Source of the DNA: Schmidtea nova
Taxonomy: Eukaryota
Assembly: GCA_044892505.1 (NCBI GenBank)
Contig: CM097882.1
Location: forward strand, 172,484,001-172,548,000
DNA: 64,000 nucleotides
Direction of reading: 5' to 3'
Part shown: one piece after another, positions 41,401 to 56,400 of the stretch
Numbering within the stretch: position 1 is the first letter of the stretch
Layout of the letters: every line of letters begins with the position of its first letter
Notes under the pieces: model-generated
Told to the model about the DNA's origin: nothing
The model's input: the letters and a program-made list of their open reading frames with translations, nothing else
The model's database searches: none
Position numbers and translations under genes: made by a program

Positions 41401-44400
41401 AATATCGCCTCAAATCTCTTGGAACGTTTGTCAAATCAATCTATTGATGATGAACATGAATTATCCGAAAATGATTCTGATTCGGAAAAGTGGCGTAGCC
41501 GGGAATCTTTTCAATCAGTTGAAGTAAAACGAGCAAAATCTAGAGATTAAAATTTTTACTTAAGCTAACCATGTTTTATCATTAAATCACCGACATAGAA
41601 TCCAGCTTTGATATTTTGCAACGAGAGCGATCAAGTAGACAAATTTAAACTTATCGTCCCAAACCAATTGTTAGGATATAACCGATAAATTGACATAACT
41701 ACTCGAAATCCTGTATCGGGCGAAGTAAGGATAGGAAAAAGTTAATGATAAAACATTTATGAAAAACCACCACAACGAGTTAGTTTATTTGAACAGCTAC
41801 CTTATTTTTATCGTGTCTAGTCCAACCCAATTACCCTTATTCCCGTCGACAAACTAATGATAATAGGAATTAATTTAATTCACCCACTCCATGCCCATTT
41901 AGCAATGGATTTCCACATACAATCTCGAGAAAGTAATTATATATCGTAGTAGTACTTACCGATATCAAGTAGGGGAAATTTTAAGCCATATACCGCAGAG
42001 AGTAATTGAAATGCGTAAAGTGAGATCTCAAGTGGTAAATACTAGAGATTAATTCAGCAAAAAATTGGCATTAGAAATTTTCAAGTGCAGTAAAGCGGCA
42101 GTGACATATAATTCCTACCGAGAATTCAAGATCAGCCAAGTACATAGCTAATAAACTTGAAACTACTTGAGGAAAACTATTTAAACATTAGAAAGAATGT
42201 AGACAATGAAAAAATTTGATTTGGAAATTGCGCCGTGTTGACAGTAAATTTTCGTTAAAATTGTAATTAAAAAATGTAGGGGAAATTCCACTGAAAATAA
42301 TAAAAAGCCATTGTTAATAGTCCTGTAATCTGAATACTAAAACTTATATAAATCCCATCCTAAATCCTATGAAGGCATAAAATTAAATTTATCAATTAAC
42401 TTAAATATTATTTTTTTTCAAACAGAGAACAATTAATCATGGAACGCATCTGTATACGAGTCCAACATGTAACGAGTTACGTTAACGAAGCGGGTTCCGA
42501 TCATCAGGAGCCGAGGGCAAGGGAAGACTATCTAGTCTGGGCACTCCCTTTGTAGAACATACCGACGGATCTGGCGAGGCAGATCGTCGACGAACATTAA
42601 CAATTGTTTGAAAAAAAAGAGTTGTGCCTCCTTTTAGTCTACACCAGGATAGTCCGGACATTATCACGTGGCACGGTGGTAGATCGTGGCCCATCAATGT
42701 CGACCGGGACTATCCTAGAGGTATGCCGCAATACTTTGTGGAGTCGCCAACCGATATTCCAGGGCGGTTCCGAATGTATTTTACGGGATCGATTCCCCAA
42801 GAAGAATTCTGGAGCATTTTGTCCTAGATCCAGCTCCAACAGATCTAGCAACGTATTCACCACATAGCCCCTCAGGAGTGCAAGAGATGGACACGGACGA
42901 AATATGCATTGATTTTATCGATGTGTGTTAAATATTATTATCATTGTTATGTGTCGAAAATATTAATTAACTAGTTATGTTGTTCTTAAAATATTTAGAA
43001 TATCTAGTAATAATTTACTTTATTTATCGTAAACATTTGAGTAAGACTAAATTGCAGAGCAATAAAGCGAGTTTTCGGCAGAAGGGAATAGAGTTGAGTA
43101 TAATTGGGCAGGGATAGGATTATAAGCAAGACACATTTTAGGTTGCGTCGAGGAAAATGTAAGGTCGAAGGGAAGTCACTGAGATGGAGGAAAAGATAAA
43201 GTAAAATGAAATGATCCTAATTTTGTTTCAAAGTAAATTATGTCATCGGAAAAGGGGTTGATCGCAAAGTTGAAACGACGAATCTTGGATCTGGAGGAGA
43301 GCTACTTCGCACCGGCGGAGATGAAAGTGGTGCATGAGAGGTTGCAAAGGGCTCGGAAAATGATAGAGGATCAACGCGTGGAGTTAGAGGCCACTCGGAT
43401 CGAAACCAACAATTGTCGCCGAGTAATCACGCAGAATTTCGTGGACGCGCAGTTATCAGGGTTGATTAGACCCATAACACTCGAAAAATGGTTTCCTGAG
43501 CTGCCAAGGGAGGAGAGTACAATAAAAGTACCAAAGAAATCGAGCAAACCAAAACCAAAGAATCGCCGAAAATCTCACACACAGAGACGCTGACAGTTGA
43601 AGTAAAAACTTGCCGACGAGAGGAGTAAATTGACACCCGATACCACACTGAGAATGAGGAGACTGAAAATTGACGTGACGGATTATTTGAAATAATGTTT
43701 TGTATAATGTTGAAATATATGTAGTATTAAATCTTGTTGAAACAGTTTTAATTTGTTTGAGGTTTTATTAATAAGTAAATAAATGAAAGATAGGGTTAAG
43801 TTATTGAATCACCATTAGAAAGAGACGAGTAAGACAGAGTACTAAATTCACCCTAAATGAGAGACCTGCGACCGGGTGAGAAGTTAGAATGAGAAGACCT
43901 TCTATCGGTCAAGTAGAACTCGAACGATACGACAAATCAGGAGTAGTTTTTGTGAAGGAGCAACCTGTTGGTTTCCAATCGGCTGTTATGAGCATTTCTA
44001 ACATGAAGAATTTGGGTATTCACAGATGCATAAACAGTGAGGCTTTTATGGGTGTGTTGTAACTCTTGAAAGTAAAGCGAGGGACAGGTTAGGTTGTTGA
44101 GGATCCAAGTAGAGATGGAAAGATACACGATAAGAAATAGATATCAATTTCGAAACCTACAACACACCAAAAATATTCATACTTTATAGTGGAGCATTAT
44201 TAAAAAAGAAAAAAAAATTATTTATAATTCAGCAATCTATTTTTTATACATTTTTTCTATGAACATCCAATACCGGTATTAATACCGGGATCCCGGTAGC
44301 GAATATTTCAATACCATAATACCGGTATTGAAATTTGGTCCGGTATTGAAATCACTATAAGACCTTAAAATTAACAATATAAATTTATTTCAATTTAAAA

Positions 44401-47400
44401 CAATATTATTCAGAATAATCAAATTAAAACTGTTACCGACGCCTGCTAAATTTCACTATACTCTTAATTTGAGAGACTTATCCAAAATATTTCAAGGTTT
44501 GTGTCAATCAACTATCGATAGATTTACTCAACCAAGACAATTTATTCGATTGTGGAGACATGAATGTCTACGAGTTTTCAATGACAGAATGATTACCTAT
44601 GACGATAAAGAAAGTGTCCAGGTTAATACTTTATTTCATAAATTAGCCTCCGTGTTCAGTTAATAAACAATTTTTTTTAATAATTATTCAAATGTTAAGT
44701 GTCATAATATAATACACGAAATTCCGAAATCACAATATATTATTATAATGCCAAGTAACACAACGCGTTTAACCCTATAATGAGCATATTTATTTTACTG
44801 TTTTTTTAATATGTTACGACCACAACAATTACTGGCTGGCGCCTTAAGTCAAATGTGCATTAGCATCTCTGACCGCACTGTCTTAGCTTTTTTACTTTCA
44901 ATCACTTGAAGTATCTTTAAAAAAGAAAAAACTAAAACTTTACATTTTGTTAATTTTTTTAAAAAACAAACTGTCATCCGAAAAATATTTTTTATTAAAT
45001 TGTCGCATTATTTGAGATAAATTACTTTTAGTTAACTGCCATACTTGAATAAAACATAAATATCATTACTTCATTTTGTATTGAATAGTTGAAATTTTAC
45101 TAAAAATGTGTGTAATTACAGTCAAACCTCGGTTTTCCGCCGCAATCGGTAAGGAAAATTTTTATGTTGGGAAATGAGGCTGACGGATAATTGGGGTAAA
45201 TATTATCAAACTCTTTTTAATGTCATAACGAATATTATTGAACATCCTTTTGACAAAGAATTGTAAGAGTGCATTGTATTATGAGTAACTTTGAGATTAA
45301 TTTCCGGTGTAAAATATGAATAATAGTAACATCTGCCATGCGTATAAGAATGGCGGATGGTGGGATACAAGGGATGTCAGATAGTCCCAAATGTTTTCTA
45401 AATTTTGTTGGATGAAAATGGGGAACAGAAAATGAGTTTTAACTGTATTTAAAAAGTATGTAAAGATAAATGACAATACTTATTTCAATAATATATAATA
45501 ATTTATTACAATAATATAAATAATAATTTTAATATAAATAATAATTTACAATAATATATATTTCAATAATATATAATAATTTATTATAATAATTTATTAC
45601 ATATACATATAATAATAATATTCATTATTAATAAAAAATTTCAGAGATATATTTATAGTATTAAATTTATTTACTTAAATCAGTTAGTCTCGTAATCATT
45701 TTAATAAAAGATTATACAATTTTCATTTATTTAACACGTTCGCGGGCTCACGAAATGTGAAGTATGCTAGAAAAAACACACTTATTTTTATAATGTGTTT
45801 TAATTCATGACATCATCTCAAGTTGTATTTTGAAAAAAAAATATTTATTTTTTTTATTTTCCAAAAAAAATTCGTGCGGCAATAGCCGTTTTCTCCATAT
45901 ACATCGCATATTTGAACATCCAGGAACGCAACGGATATTTCCGCAACGGGGTAAATAAGGCTGTTTTGAACAAATAAAAGTCATATTTAGAAAAAAAAAC
46001 AATATGTAGGTATATTTATTATTATAATTATGAAGTAAACAAAAAAAACAATGCTAAATATTTTTTGTGCCAATTTTCAAAGCATTCACCTGCACACAAA
46101 GGTGGATTATCCTCACAGTTTTAACATCTATATGATGTTTCTTTTCGTAATTTTATTTTACTGCATACGACGCATCTTTTAAAATATGTCTTCCGTTTGA
46201 AGCCCTCTGGAATCGGAATTTTTTCAATGAAGTGACCATAACTGGATTCATCTACAGCACTGGTACTAGGTTCTATGTTTCTAATGGAATAGCCTCTCTT
46301 ACCTGGTTTGGAAGTGACATATTATTTTCCATCCATTTCTGTTTCGGAAATTCCTATCAATTTTTTGATGATTTGTCCAATAAATTCAAGACTTGAAATG
46401 GATGATGGTTTCAGCTTTTTATATAGTATATACGCATTGTGTACGGTGATATAGAGTAAGTGAAAAATTTCTTTTTTGTACCACCATAAAGTTTTCCTTG
46501 GGCAGGAATAATACGAAATCATCTGATCGCATCTATCGACTAGAGACATATTTTCGTTATAACGAGCAATCTCATTCGGTTTTTTTTCGTTTTTTGAAAA
46601 CGATTGGTCACTTGGACCATTTGAGGCTTATGACCAGTTGTGATACAAAGCACGTCTCTGTTATCACGCCATTTGAAACGTATACGTTTCCTCCACGTTT
46701 CCAAATATGCTCACCTTTTTTCAATTTAGCATGTACTACAGATTCAGGATTTCCTTTTCTATTAGATCTAAGAGTACCTGTAGTAAAAATATTTCTTTTT
46801 AGCAATTTATTTGATAATCCAACACTGTTGTAGAAATTGTCCATATACAAATGATGTACCCTTTCCAGGTATGGTTCCGTAAGTCTTAAAACGAAGGAGT
46901 CTACGCTTGAATCATTACTAGAGTTCTTGCCTTTAAAAATTTCAAAATTAAACACATAATCTTCTGGTGAACACAATTCGTAAAATTTAATTCCATATTT
47001 GGATTTCTTTCCTCTCATAATTTGACAAAAAATTAATCGTCCTCTGAACAATAAGAGTGACTTATCTAAAGACAATGCAGTGTCCGGATACATTGCATTT
47101 TGATATGACTTCAAAATTATTTTCTGCAATTCCTTGACTTTAGCCAGACGATCGTCATCCTCTTCGGTATTATCGTCACTCATATGAGAGCTGAAGCATC
47201 TCAAAATTATCTCGAAACGTCGTCCAGACATCGTCGTACCATAAATTGGATGGTAACGATGGTAACAGTGATGGAAAAGGCAATTGCTCCTGTAGAAGGC
47301 AAAGACCCAAAATCTTTTTCATTTCCATCATACTGACTTCTTTGAAAATACGCGATCTACTATGTCGTGTTTGAGGACGAGACTTATTCGACATGCTTGT

Positions 47401-50400
47401 TCCATAGCTATTCGTTGAAGAAAAAATCAAATTCAGCATGTCCTTGTTCCACAATTTTTCAAAAACTGTAAGTGGTGAAGGATTTTCTCCAAAATCAATT
47501 TTAACTCCACTTTGTGTTTCATCAAATGGATAATTAGGGATATCTGTATAATTGTCGTACCAATCAGTATCATCATTCTCATACACATTTACTTGAATGT
47601 TCTCAGGAACTAATTCGTCCTCGCTTTCACTCCTACTACTATTATCTTCAGAACTACACTCGTATTCAGTGCCTGATTCATTGAAATCCAACTCTTCGTC
47701 CAACATTTCACATTTATCGGGGCTATCCATTTCAGATAATAAATAAAAGAAATTTGATTAGCAAAACACACGAAACGCAAAAATATTAAAATAAACACCC
47801 ACTGCATACCGAACGCAAACTAATACTGAGGTATCATGTAGGTAGGTCGCTGAAGTGAGTCATCTTCAAGCCATGTTAAGTTCTAACAAAAATAGCCGTT
47901 TCGTTCCTAGTGATAACATTTTATCATGACGGCTATTACCGTTTCATCCCGTCCTAGACAAGCTCCTAGAGCGGCTATAACCGTTTCGTCCGCAAACGTG
48001 TTAAAAAAGACATTTTGTAAATCCTAAATAAATGAAAATTTATGCAGTTTAATGAAAAAACATGATTTAATTTGATTTCAGAAAATATTGCTTGATATAT
48101 TAAAAGAAGAATTCCCAAAATTAATAAGTCATCTTGAATCAAACCCTATTTTATATGGAGATTATTGGAATGCATCTTTAGAAGATGAACCTAGGCTTTA
48201 TGATGATCTTCAAGATTATGATGTTATCAAAGCATTTTTTCAAGAAGTGAATTTTTCAGAAATTGAAAATACGATTAAAAATATGATTTAGTTGATGGAA
48301 AGCTATAATGAATCAGATCAAGGAACTTTAGATTTAGTTCTTTTTGATGATGCTCTGGAACATTTGAATAGTATTCATAGAATTCTAAGAATGGACGGTG
48401 GGCATGCTCTTCTAGTTGCTGTGAGTGGATCAGGAAAAAGAAGCTTATCTCGACTAGCTGCCTTTTCAGCAGATTTGAGCTACTTCGAATTATCTTTGAG
48501 CAAAGGTTATGGTGAAAGGGAATTTCGAGAAGATTTGAAAGTTTTATACAATAAACTTGCTACAGAAAAATCTGATTACATGTTCTTGTTTGGTGATCAA
48601 CATGTTGCTCACGAAGGTATTTAAAAATCATGTTATTTTTAAAAATTTTTATAATATTTAGGATTTCTTGAATTTATAAATAATATGTTGACGATGGGCA
48701 TGGTTCCAACTTTGTTTGCCGATGATGAAAAAGAATCAATTCTTGAGAAGATCTGGGACGAAGGCGTTAAAACTGGTTACCCTGAAAATAAAGAAGGAAT
48801 ATGGCAATACTTTTGTGCATTATGTGTTGCTAGGTTGCATATAGTATTAACAATGAGTCCAGTTGGCGATACTTTAAGAAATAGATGTCGAAATTTTCCT
48901 GGAGTTGTTAATAACACTAATATAGATTGGTACTTTCCATGGCCTGAACAAGCATTGTATGCAGTTGCTTGCTATGCAATTGATCCAAAGGTAATATTAA
49001 CGGCAAAATTTATTATTTAAAATAATTATATAAAACTAATTTCATCTCAACACCAGTACTACAAGACCAGTCATTTTGACAGGTTAAGCATTTCTACAAT
49101 AAAAGGATAATGTGGGAAGAATTGAATGCCAATTTTCTTCAGTGGTTCCTCTCAACAATTCCGTTGCTCGATGGTCGGTAAGCGCATCAAAAAATACGCA
49201 TCAAAAAAATTTCTCTAATTGACGAGACCTAAATGAACCGCCATTATCCATGAGCAACTGGCACGGAGGTCCGCGTTCTCTGAATATTTATTCACAGATT
49301 CTAGTAATGGTCACATCATCCTCGTTACAAATCTCTCTCCATATTACGAGTCTACTCGGTCCGCAGTCGATACACGTCAAATAACGCTTATTCCGGTAGT
49401 GAGTCACGTCTAACGCCAATCTGGTCCAGTTACACTTCACCGTTAAATTTCCATGTTTCCATCTTACAGGTGCCGGATCTATCATTCGACACTTATTACA
49501 GTTTGATATCACACCTTTTACCACTCCATGAGATACGTTAGAAAGCAACTTCCTTACGAAATACAGAGTTCGATCCACTCCGAAGTGATGCGCCTAGTGG
49601 CACTTCCTTATTCTGTCGGATATTGATATAGTAGAACAACTTACTTGTTTAACCCATGTAAGCCAAGCTTTCTTAACTCTAGTTAAAATGTCGGCCTTTT
49701 TTTCGGTCGGGACAAACTCCACGGCTATCTTTAAGTTGTATGTCACTTGGAGTTCGTGAACAATTTGTAGACGCCTACGAATTAGCATCTTAGAAGATCC
49801 GTGAGTTTTTACTCGATGACTATCTGTCAGTAATGACCCCAGCCAACTTTGAACCGTTGCAGAATCTGATTTCAGGATAATTGAAGACAGATCACACTTA
49901 ATCGCAAGGTTAATTCCTTTAATTACAGCATCGAGTTCAGCCACGTTTATGTGCGCTGCGTCGTCTGTCTTTCTCAGCCAAGCGGCATCCTCCACGATCT
50001 CTCCGTTGATTTCGAGACAAACTCCAACAGCCAGATTGCTTGCATCACACCATACAACTCCATCTTTTGTCGGTGAAACATGCCAAACTCCACGAACTGG
50101 ATCATTTTTCTTAACGATTTCGAAAATTTCAGTTATTATCGTTGAAGCATAATCTCCAATAGTATCTTCCCACGTTGAACCAATACTCTGGCGCTTAACA
50201 TAACTACATGCAGTGCGCAACCAGCCAGCAACCGGGTAGTGACCGACCAGCTGACCGCACAAGGAAAACAGCTCCTTCCTCGTCATCGCTTAGTATGGTC
50301 CCATCTCATTGATTACGTTTCCTCTCTTCCAATATTTGCCTTCCGTGCATCTAGAGATCTGTAGTCCCAAAACTTTAGAAGTATCGAATTTTTCCGGAGT

Positions 50401-53400
50401 TTAAACTGCTAGCACGTATCTTGCCAGACGAGACACAACTTCGTCTAATTGTACTTTTGACGTATTGACAATGATATCGTCAATATAACTATCGGTTGCC
50501 TCTTTAATATCTTTGCGTAATTCTGACACTCTTCGCACTATGGCAGACATTATTTTCGGTGCTTGATTGAGGCCGAAACCCAATCTTGTCAAAACATATA
50601 TCTTTCCTTTAAACCTGACTTTTTGAAAATCCCACAGATCGGGATTTACATGTATTTGTAGATAGGCTTTCCTCAGATCGAGCATCTCAACTTTCTCCCC
50701 GAATCTTCGCCAATGCCGTAAAGATTCGTCGCAAGCTTCACTCTGACCCGTGTGGTTTGTTACATATTTATTCAGTTCGCGATAGTCGAGTACTGGTCGT
50801 ATTTTTCCTTTGTTAGATTGATTAACTGCCATTAATGGTAGTATACCATCTGAGTTTCCTTCATAAGGCATTAACCAACGGTTTCTAATCCATTCTGTAA
50901 TTTCCGCGTCAAATCCATTGCGTAGCTCTGGCTTAATTTTATAGTTGGCACATGTATTACCAAGTTCAAGAGGTTGATTTTTCCATTTCCAGCTCACAGT
51001 TCAATTGCCGGAAAGGAAATCGGCTGGAAAGTCTTCATCTCTAATTTTCAGAGACTCGGTATGTCGTTCGTCTGCCCTCAAGAAATCGGACTTTCTCCCC
51101 ATGGCGCTGGCCAAAGGAAACGATACCCCTTGCCTTGATATATTCACACCGCCGAGGATTCCTATAACATCCATTCCCAAAATTACACCAAAATCTCTTG
51201 GAAGGTTTTCCATCACCAGACAGACCACTCTCAGACTTCTTTTTCTGATAACAATGTTAACACTACGGTTTCCAAACTCTTGGCCAATGATCCATCAGCC
51301 ACCAGCACACTCTCGCTCTTCCCATACGGTTCGCTGTCCAAACGAGGACAAAATAATAGATTAGTTACAACCTGAATCTATTAAGGCTTTGGAAATCCTT
51401 CCGTTGACAGATACAACGACAGTCTGCAGCGCCATTATTGCTTTTCCTGAGTGAACACTGGCGCACGTGTTACTCCGATAGCCTTTCCCATCTTTTTCTT
51501 TGGGCACGATCGCGCGAGGTGGGCTTTATCACCACATATCCAACATTGTTTGTTTTTTCGGAAACATGCATTTTCATTGTGCCCTTTCTTTCCACAAAAC
51601 CAACACATTTGGTCTTTAGGATTGGCAATTCTTCTTTCTTTTACTCCCAGCATACAACTTTGCTGAGAAACTGCATTACTCAACATAGATCGAGCTATCT
51701 GTACGACCGCATCCATTGCCATTGTTTCAATGTTCGGAATAGCCTGTAGTGACTGTGATATTGACGCTGGAAGTCCAGTAACGAACGAACATCTAATAAC
51801 GTCATCATTGACCCTAGATAACTTACACAGAGATGTTAGTTCGGCCAGATAAACATTGACAGGCTCCTTGTTTCATGATCGATTCTTCAATTTCTCAAAA
51901 ACAAGAAACATCGACATAGAGAAGGCTTTCTTCATTGCTTCTTCGGTTTTGATGAAACTTCCTCTGACTTCATCGCTGAGATGTTGATACACCACATATG
52001 CGTTTCCTTTCATCAGTATCGGCAGAAACATCTCCAGGTTCTCAATCTTTTGAATGAGAGTTATCGTTCTTACTCGGGAGAAGCATACCGTCACATCACC
52101 CGTTCCAACAAATTTTTCAATATATTTAATAACTTCCATGAATTTAGCCGCGATAGCTTGTAGTCGAACGCACAAGAATGAATTTATTTATAAATTCATA
52201 AAATTAGCAATCACGTTTTTGACATTATTTAAACAAAAATAATTATCAATTATTATTACGCGTTCGACTTTTTAAAGAGTTGAAAATTCTCGGAATTCCT
52301 TCTGCCTAACCAACATTATAATAATAAATTCTTAAATGGTAACATACATTAATTTAATTAATTTTTAGAATCCATTAATACCACATGTGTTCTGGGAACA
52401 TGTGATCACGCATGTTGTCACAATTCACCGATCGGTCGAAATCGAATCGCAAATTTTCCAGCGTAAACTACGACGCGATAATTACGTGACAGCTACAAAT
52501 TTTATGAATTATATCAAAACATATTTGACATTATTAGAAACTAAAGATATGTAAGATTTCTTTGTTTTATACAAACCATTTTAAATAAACTGCAAATATA
52601 TTTGATAGGCGATTAATTAAAGATAATATTTTAGTATTTTTTAAATTTTCTTCACCAATAATCTATTTTTAATTTCTTTGACACAAGGAGCGTCGAAATT
52701 GATAATAAATATAAATCAATATTTGAAAAAATACTCTAAAAATGAAAATAAAGAATATAATGAATTTGAGCTATGTTGCAATCATCACCTTGTCATTTTC
52801 TTTAAACAGTCATTCATACAACGGCAGACAAATTGGTTGATAGATTTAAGCAGACTGAGGAAATGAGTAATCATTTGATATATTTTTTGCATTCTTCGAA
52901 AATGGCTTATTGGAAGATTCATTTCTTTATATTTGAATTGTATTAGATCAGCGGTTCTCAAACTTTTAAATTTCCTGCGTCAGGTCCCTTTAAAAATTTT
53001 TTGATAGCTGGCGGACCACTTTAATAGAAAAATAAAAGTGTAGTGAATAAAACATCATTTATCAATGTCTCCTAGGGACCGCGATCTCCACTTTGAGAAC
53101 CGCTGTATTAGATTCATGTTTGTTTAAAATTCATGACCTAAACACGTGATTCTTAACCAAGGGTGCTCGGACCACCTGGGGGTGCTTTCGAGAATATCAT
53201 GGGGTACGAAGTTGTAATTTTACAAATTCACCGTTGAATTTAGGTAAAACTAGTAAATTAAAAAATTAAAAATTCATTTTTGTTAGTAAAAATTATTTTT
53301 ATCCCATAGTTGCCCGATTTTCAAGCATAATTGAGCAAAAGCAAGAAAAAAAATCATTAACCATAAATTTATACTTCAGATAAGAATTAATTTTTACTAT

Positions 53401-56400
53401 AACTAAATACTAAAATTGTTATGAAGTACTGAATACTAGAAACTAGTTAAATTCAAATATTTATTAAACCTAAAATTTTAGTTATTAAAACAACTTTAAA
53501 TTAAAGATTGATTTAATATATATAACATCTCCTTCTCAAATCCAGTCCCCAAATCGGCCTGGTGGTTTTCTGTTCCTGTCGGGTCTGCCCTTGGTATCAA
53601 CGACCAATGTGTCTACTATCGGAATTTTATTCCGTGAGCTTCTATCTTCTGCAATTTGATTGTTACTTGTTAAAGTCAGGTTTGTTTCTCCCGGTTTTAT
53701 TATCCACGAGGTGTTGTTTCCCTTCGGCATTAAGAATATGGCTTGTTGGGATTCTTTTTCCGGTGTTTGTTTGTATGTTATCTTTTCTCCTTGTTTGAAA
53801 TTTAAGGAGATCGGCACCCTTATTTGTCGTCCGAATATTATTTCCGAAGGCGATTTGCCTCTTGAGTCTGTGGCTACTCTATGGTAGAATAGTACCTTTT
53901 GTAAGTACGATGTGAAGGGCTGGTGAGTTTGCGTTAGTTTCCAACACCGTATGTCCTTCTTAATCACCTGGACAGCTCTCTCTGCACTTCCATTCGCCAT
54001 TGGGAAATATGGAGGGCTTTCAATCTTCCGAATGCCTTGAAGCCTCGTTTGACGTGAATTCAGGGGCATTATCAGATACTAATGTTTCAGGAACACCAAA
54101 GCGACAAAATACTGTTCGCAAACATTCTATGACTGTCTCGGATGAGCGATTCCGTGTTCTGAATGCTTCTATCCATCCGGAGCCTGAATCAACAATAATT
54201 AAAATGTTTCCTACTTCAGCAGCATGAGCTCAATCTATATGTATTCTTTCGAATGGTTTTGCTATAGGCCACTGATCGACTGTTTTTACAATTGACGGGC
54301 GCAGTCGGTTGCAAACTGAACATTCACTGACTTTCTTTTCAATGTCACCATGCATACCATGCTACCATGCATACCATGCCACCATGCGGAAATGGATATT
54401 CTTTTAGTAGATGACTTGGTGCCAGAGTGTATTTCGTCGTGCGCTAATTCAAACGCTTCTCGCCTGAGTCTTGTAGGGATAAAAATTCGTGTCCCATAGT
54501 ATAGCATATTGTCTTCGATAGTCAACCTTTCTGATGCTCTTGCAAATGGCTTCTCGGCTTTGGAGCACGACGACCATTTTCCATTTGTCACTCGTTTCAT
54601 GATTCTTTGCATGAATTTGTCTTTGCTCAGTTCTTCTCTGATTTTGTCCTCATCTAAAATACATTTTCTGAATTGGGCGGTCATTGAATGTAAGATGGTC
54701 TCCGCTATTACTTCTTCTTCATCTTTAATGTCTTTTTTTACATATTTCAATCGGGACAGGGCATCGACATGTGGGATATCTTTCCCTCTTACGTATAAAA
54801 TTGAATAATCATACTGCATCAATAATAATGCCCTTTTCGTTCCTCTTACTGATGTAGTACTGGGAATAGCACTCTTGTTGCCAAACAGATATTGCAGTGG
54901 TTTGTGATCGGTTTTGATGTCAAACTTTCTTCCCAAGAAGAACTGCTTCAGACGAATCACTGACCATACAATCGCTAATGCTTCGCGTTCTATGTTGGGA
55001 TAGTTCCTTTCTGTCGGAGATAATGTCCTCGATACATATATTACTGGTGAGCCTTCTTGTGTTAGTATGGCAGCTATAGCGGTTTTGGATGCATCTGTAG
55101 TTAATGTTACTTCTTTTTCTAGGTTGTACGGTTTAACTATTGGTGACTTCAATATCTCCTTTTTTAATTCCTCAAACGCCGACTGGCATGCTTTGGTCCA
55201 TTGGAAGGCACCACACTTTGATTTCCTTAACTCGTTTATCGGACGTATTTTCATTGCAAATTGTGGAATTAATCTGCCGAAATAATTGATTAATCCGACA
55301 AAGCTTTCCACTTCTTTTCTGTTTCCCGGTGTCTGTATCTCACGTATTTTCGATACAAGTCTATCATCTGGTTCGATTCCTTTTTCGGATATTTTGAAGC
55401 CTAAAAACGTAATCTATTTTGAATGTAGGATAGACTTACTTTCATTCACTGTGACCTTTTTTTTTCTTTTAGCCTTGATATGACCGCATTCAATCTTTTT
55501 CTCAGCGCTTCATTGTTTTCTGCAAAGATTAAGATGTCGTCTTGGTAAATTAACAGTCCTTTAATGTCTGCTAGGATGTTTTCCATTGTTCTCTGGAAGA
55601 TTGTTGATCCGTTCTTCATTCCCATCTGCAGTCTGTTTACTTCGTACAGGCCTTTGCTCGTGTTTGTGACCGATAATTTCTTTGCTTGTTCGTCTAGCTC
55701 AATTTGCCAGTAAGCTGAAGTTAAATCTAACTTTGCAAAGACCTTGGCATTCTTTAATTTGGCGAAGATGGTCTCAATATTCGGGAGAGGGTAGGTATCC
55801 ATTTTGATTCTCTCATTTACATGCACCTTGAAGTCTACACACATTCTTAACTCCCAATTTCTCTTCTTTATCCAAATCACCGGCGAGGCATTCGTAACCG
55901 GGGTTTTGCATGGACTGATTATTCCTATCTTCTCTAATCGGGTTAGTTCATCGTTCACCTTGCTTTTTAATGCTAAGGGTATCGAACGTGCTCGACAAAA
56001 TACGTCTTTCGAGTTCTCGATTAGTGTCATTGACGCTTTTATTCCCTTTAACGACGGGAGAATTTCGGATGGGTGTTTTTTATTTGAGATTTGATTTATT
56101 GATAATTCCGTTTCATTTTTTTACGATCGAAAGAATGTCTCGGGCCAACAGGCCAAATTCTTTCGTAGATTGTACTACTATTAACTCGATCGGATATATC
56201 TTTGATTTCGTTTCGATGCTAGTGTTGAACTTACCGGTTGATTTCAGTACATGACCGTCATATGCTTCTAGAGTCTTCGTTGTTTTCTTTAGTTTGGGTT
56301 TGCCTAAGTACTCCCATATTGATGTCGATATTATTGATACAGTGGCTCCTGTATCCAATTGCATTTTTACCGGTACTGACTTGATTGTGTACGTCTCTAT

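Larger units (their letters stand above)
41491..44161 (+). mobile_element. Unclassified LTR-retroelement-like insertion carrying accessory ORF-A and ORF-B
   Basis: Begins with TGGCGTAGCCGG (11/12 match to the complement of a tRNA-Ser 3' end, TGGCGTAGTCGG); gag-like QVGEILSH near 41960; ends ...CCTACA. Boundaries inferred. Confidence 0.5.
39386..44357 (+). mobile_element. hAT (BED-finger) transposon, interrupted by a ~2.7 kb insertion
   Basis: TIR TAGTGATTTCA(A)TACC / CGGTATTGAAATCACTA; flanking TAAGAC repeat; ATACCGG subterminal repeats; BED finger CKIERCG...[24 protein letters not shown]. Confidence 0.88.

Noticed and set aside
42560-42605. Apparent shared TAA stop in both ORF-A copies suggesting recoding or an alternative genetic code
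   Set aside because: The alignment there is weak, and the dynein exons translate cleanly with the standard code.
45480-45660. AAT/ATA-rich stretch
   Set aside because: Low-complexity sequence without a defined unit or termini.
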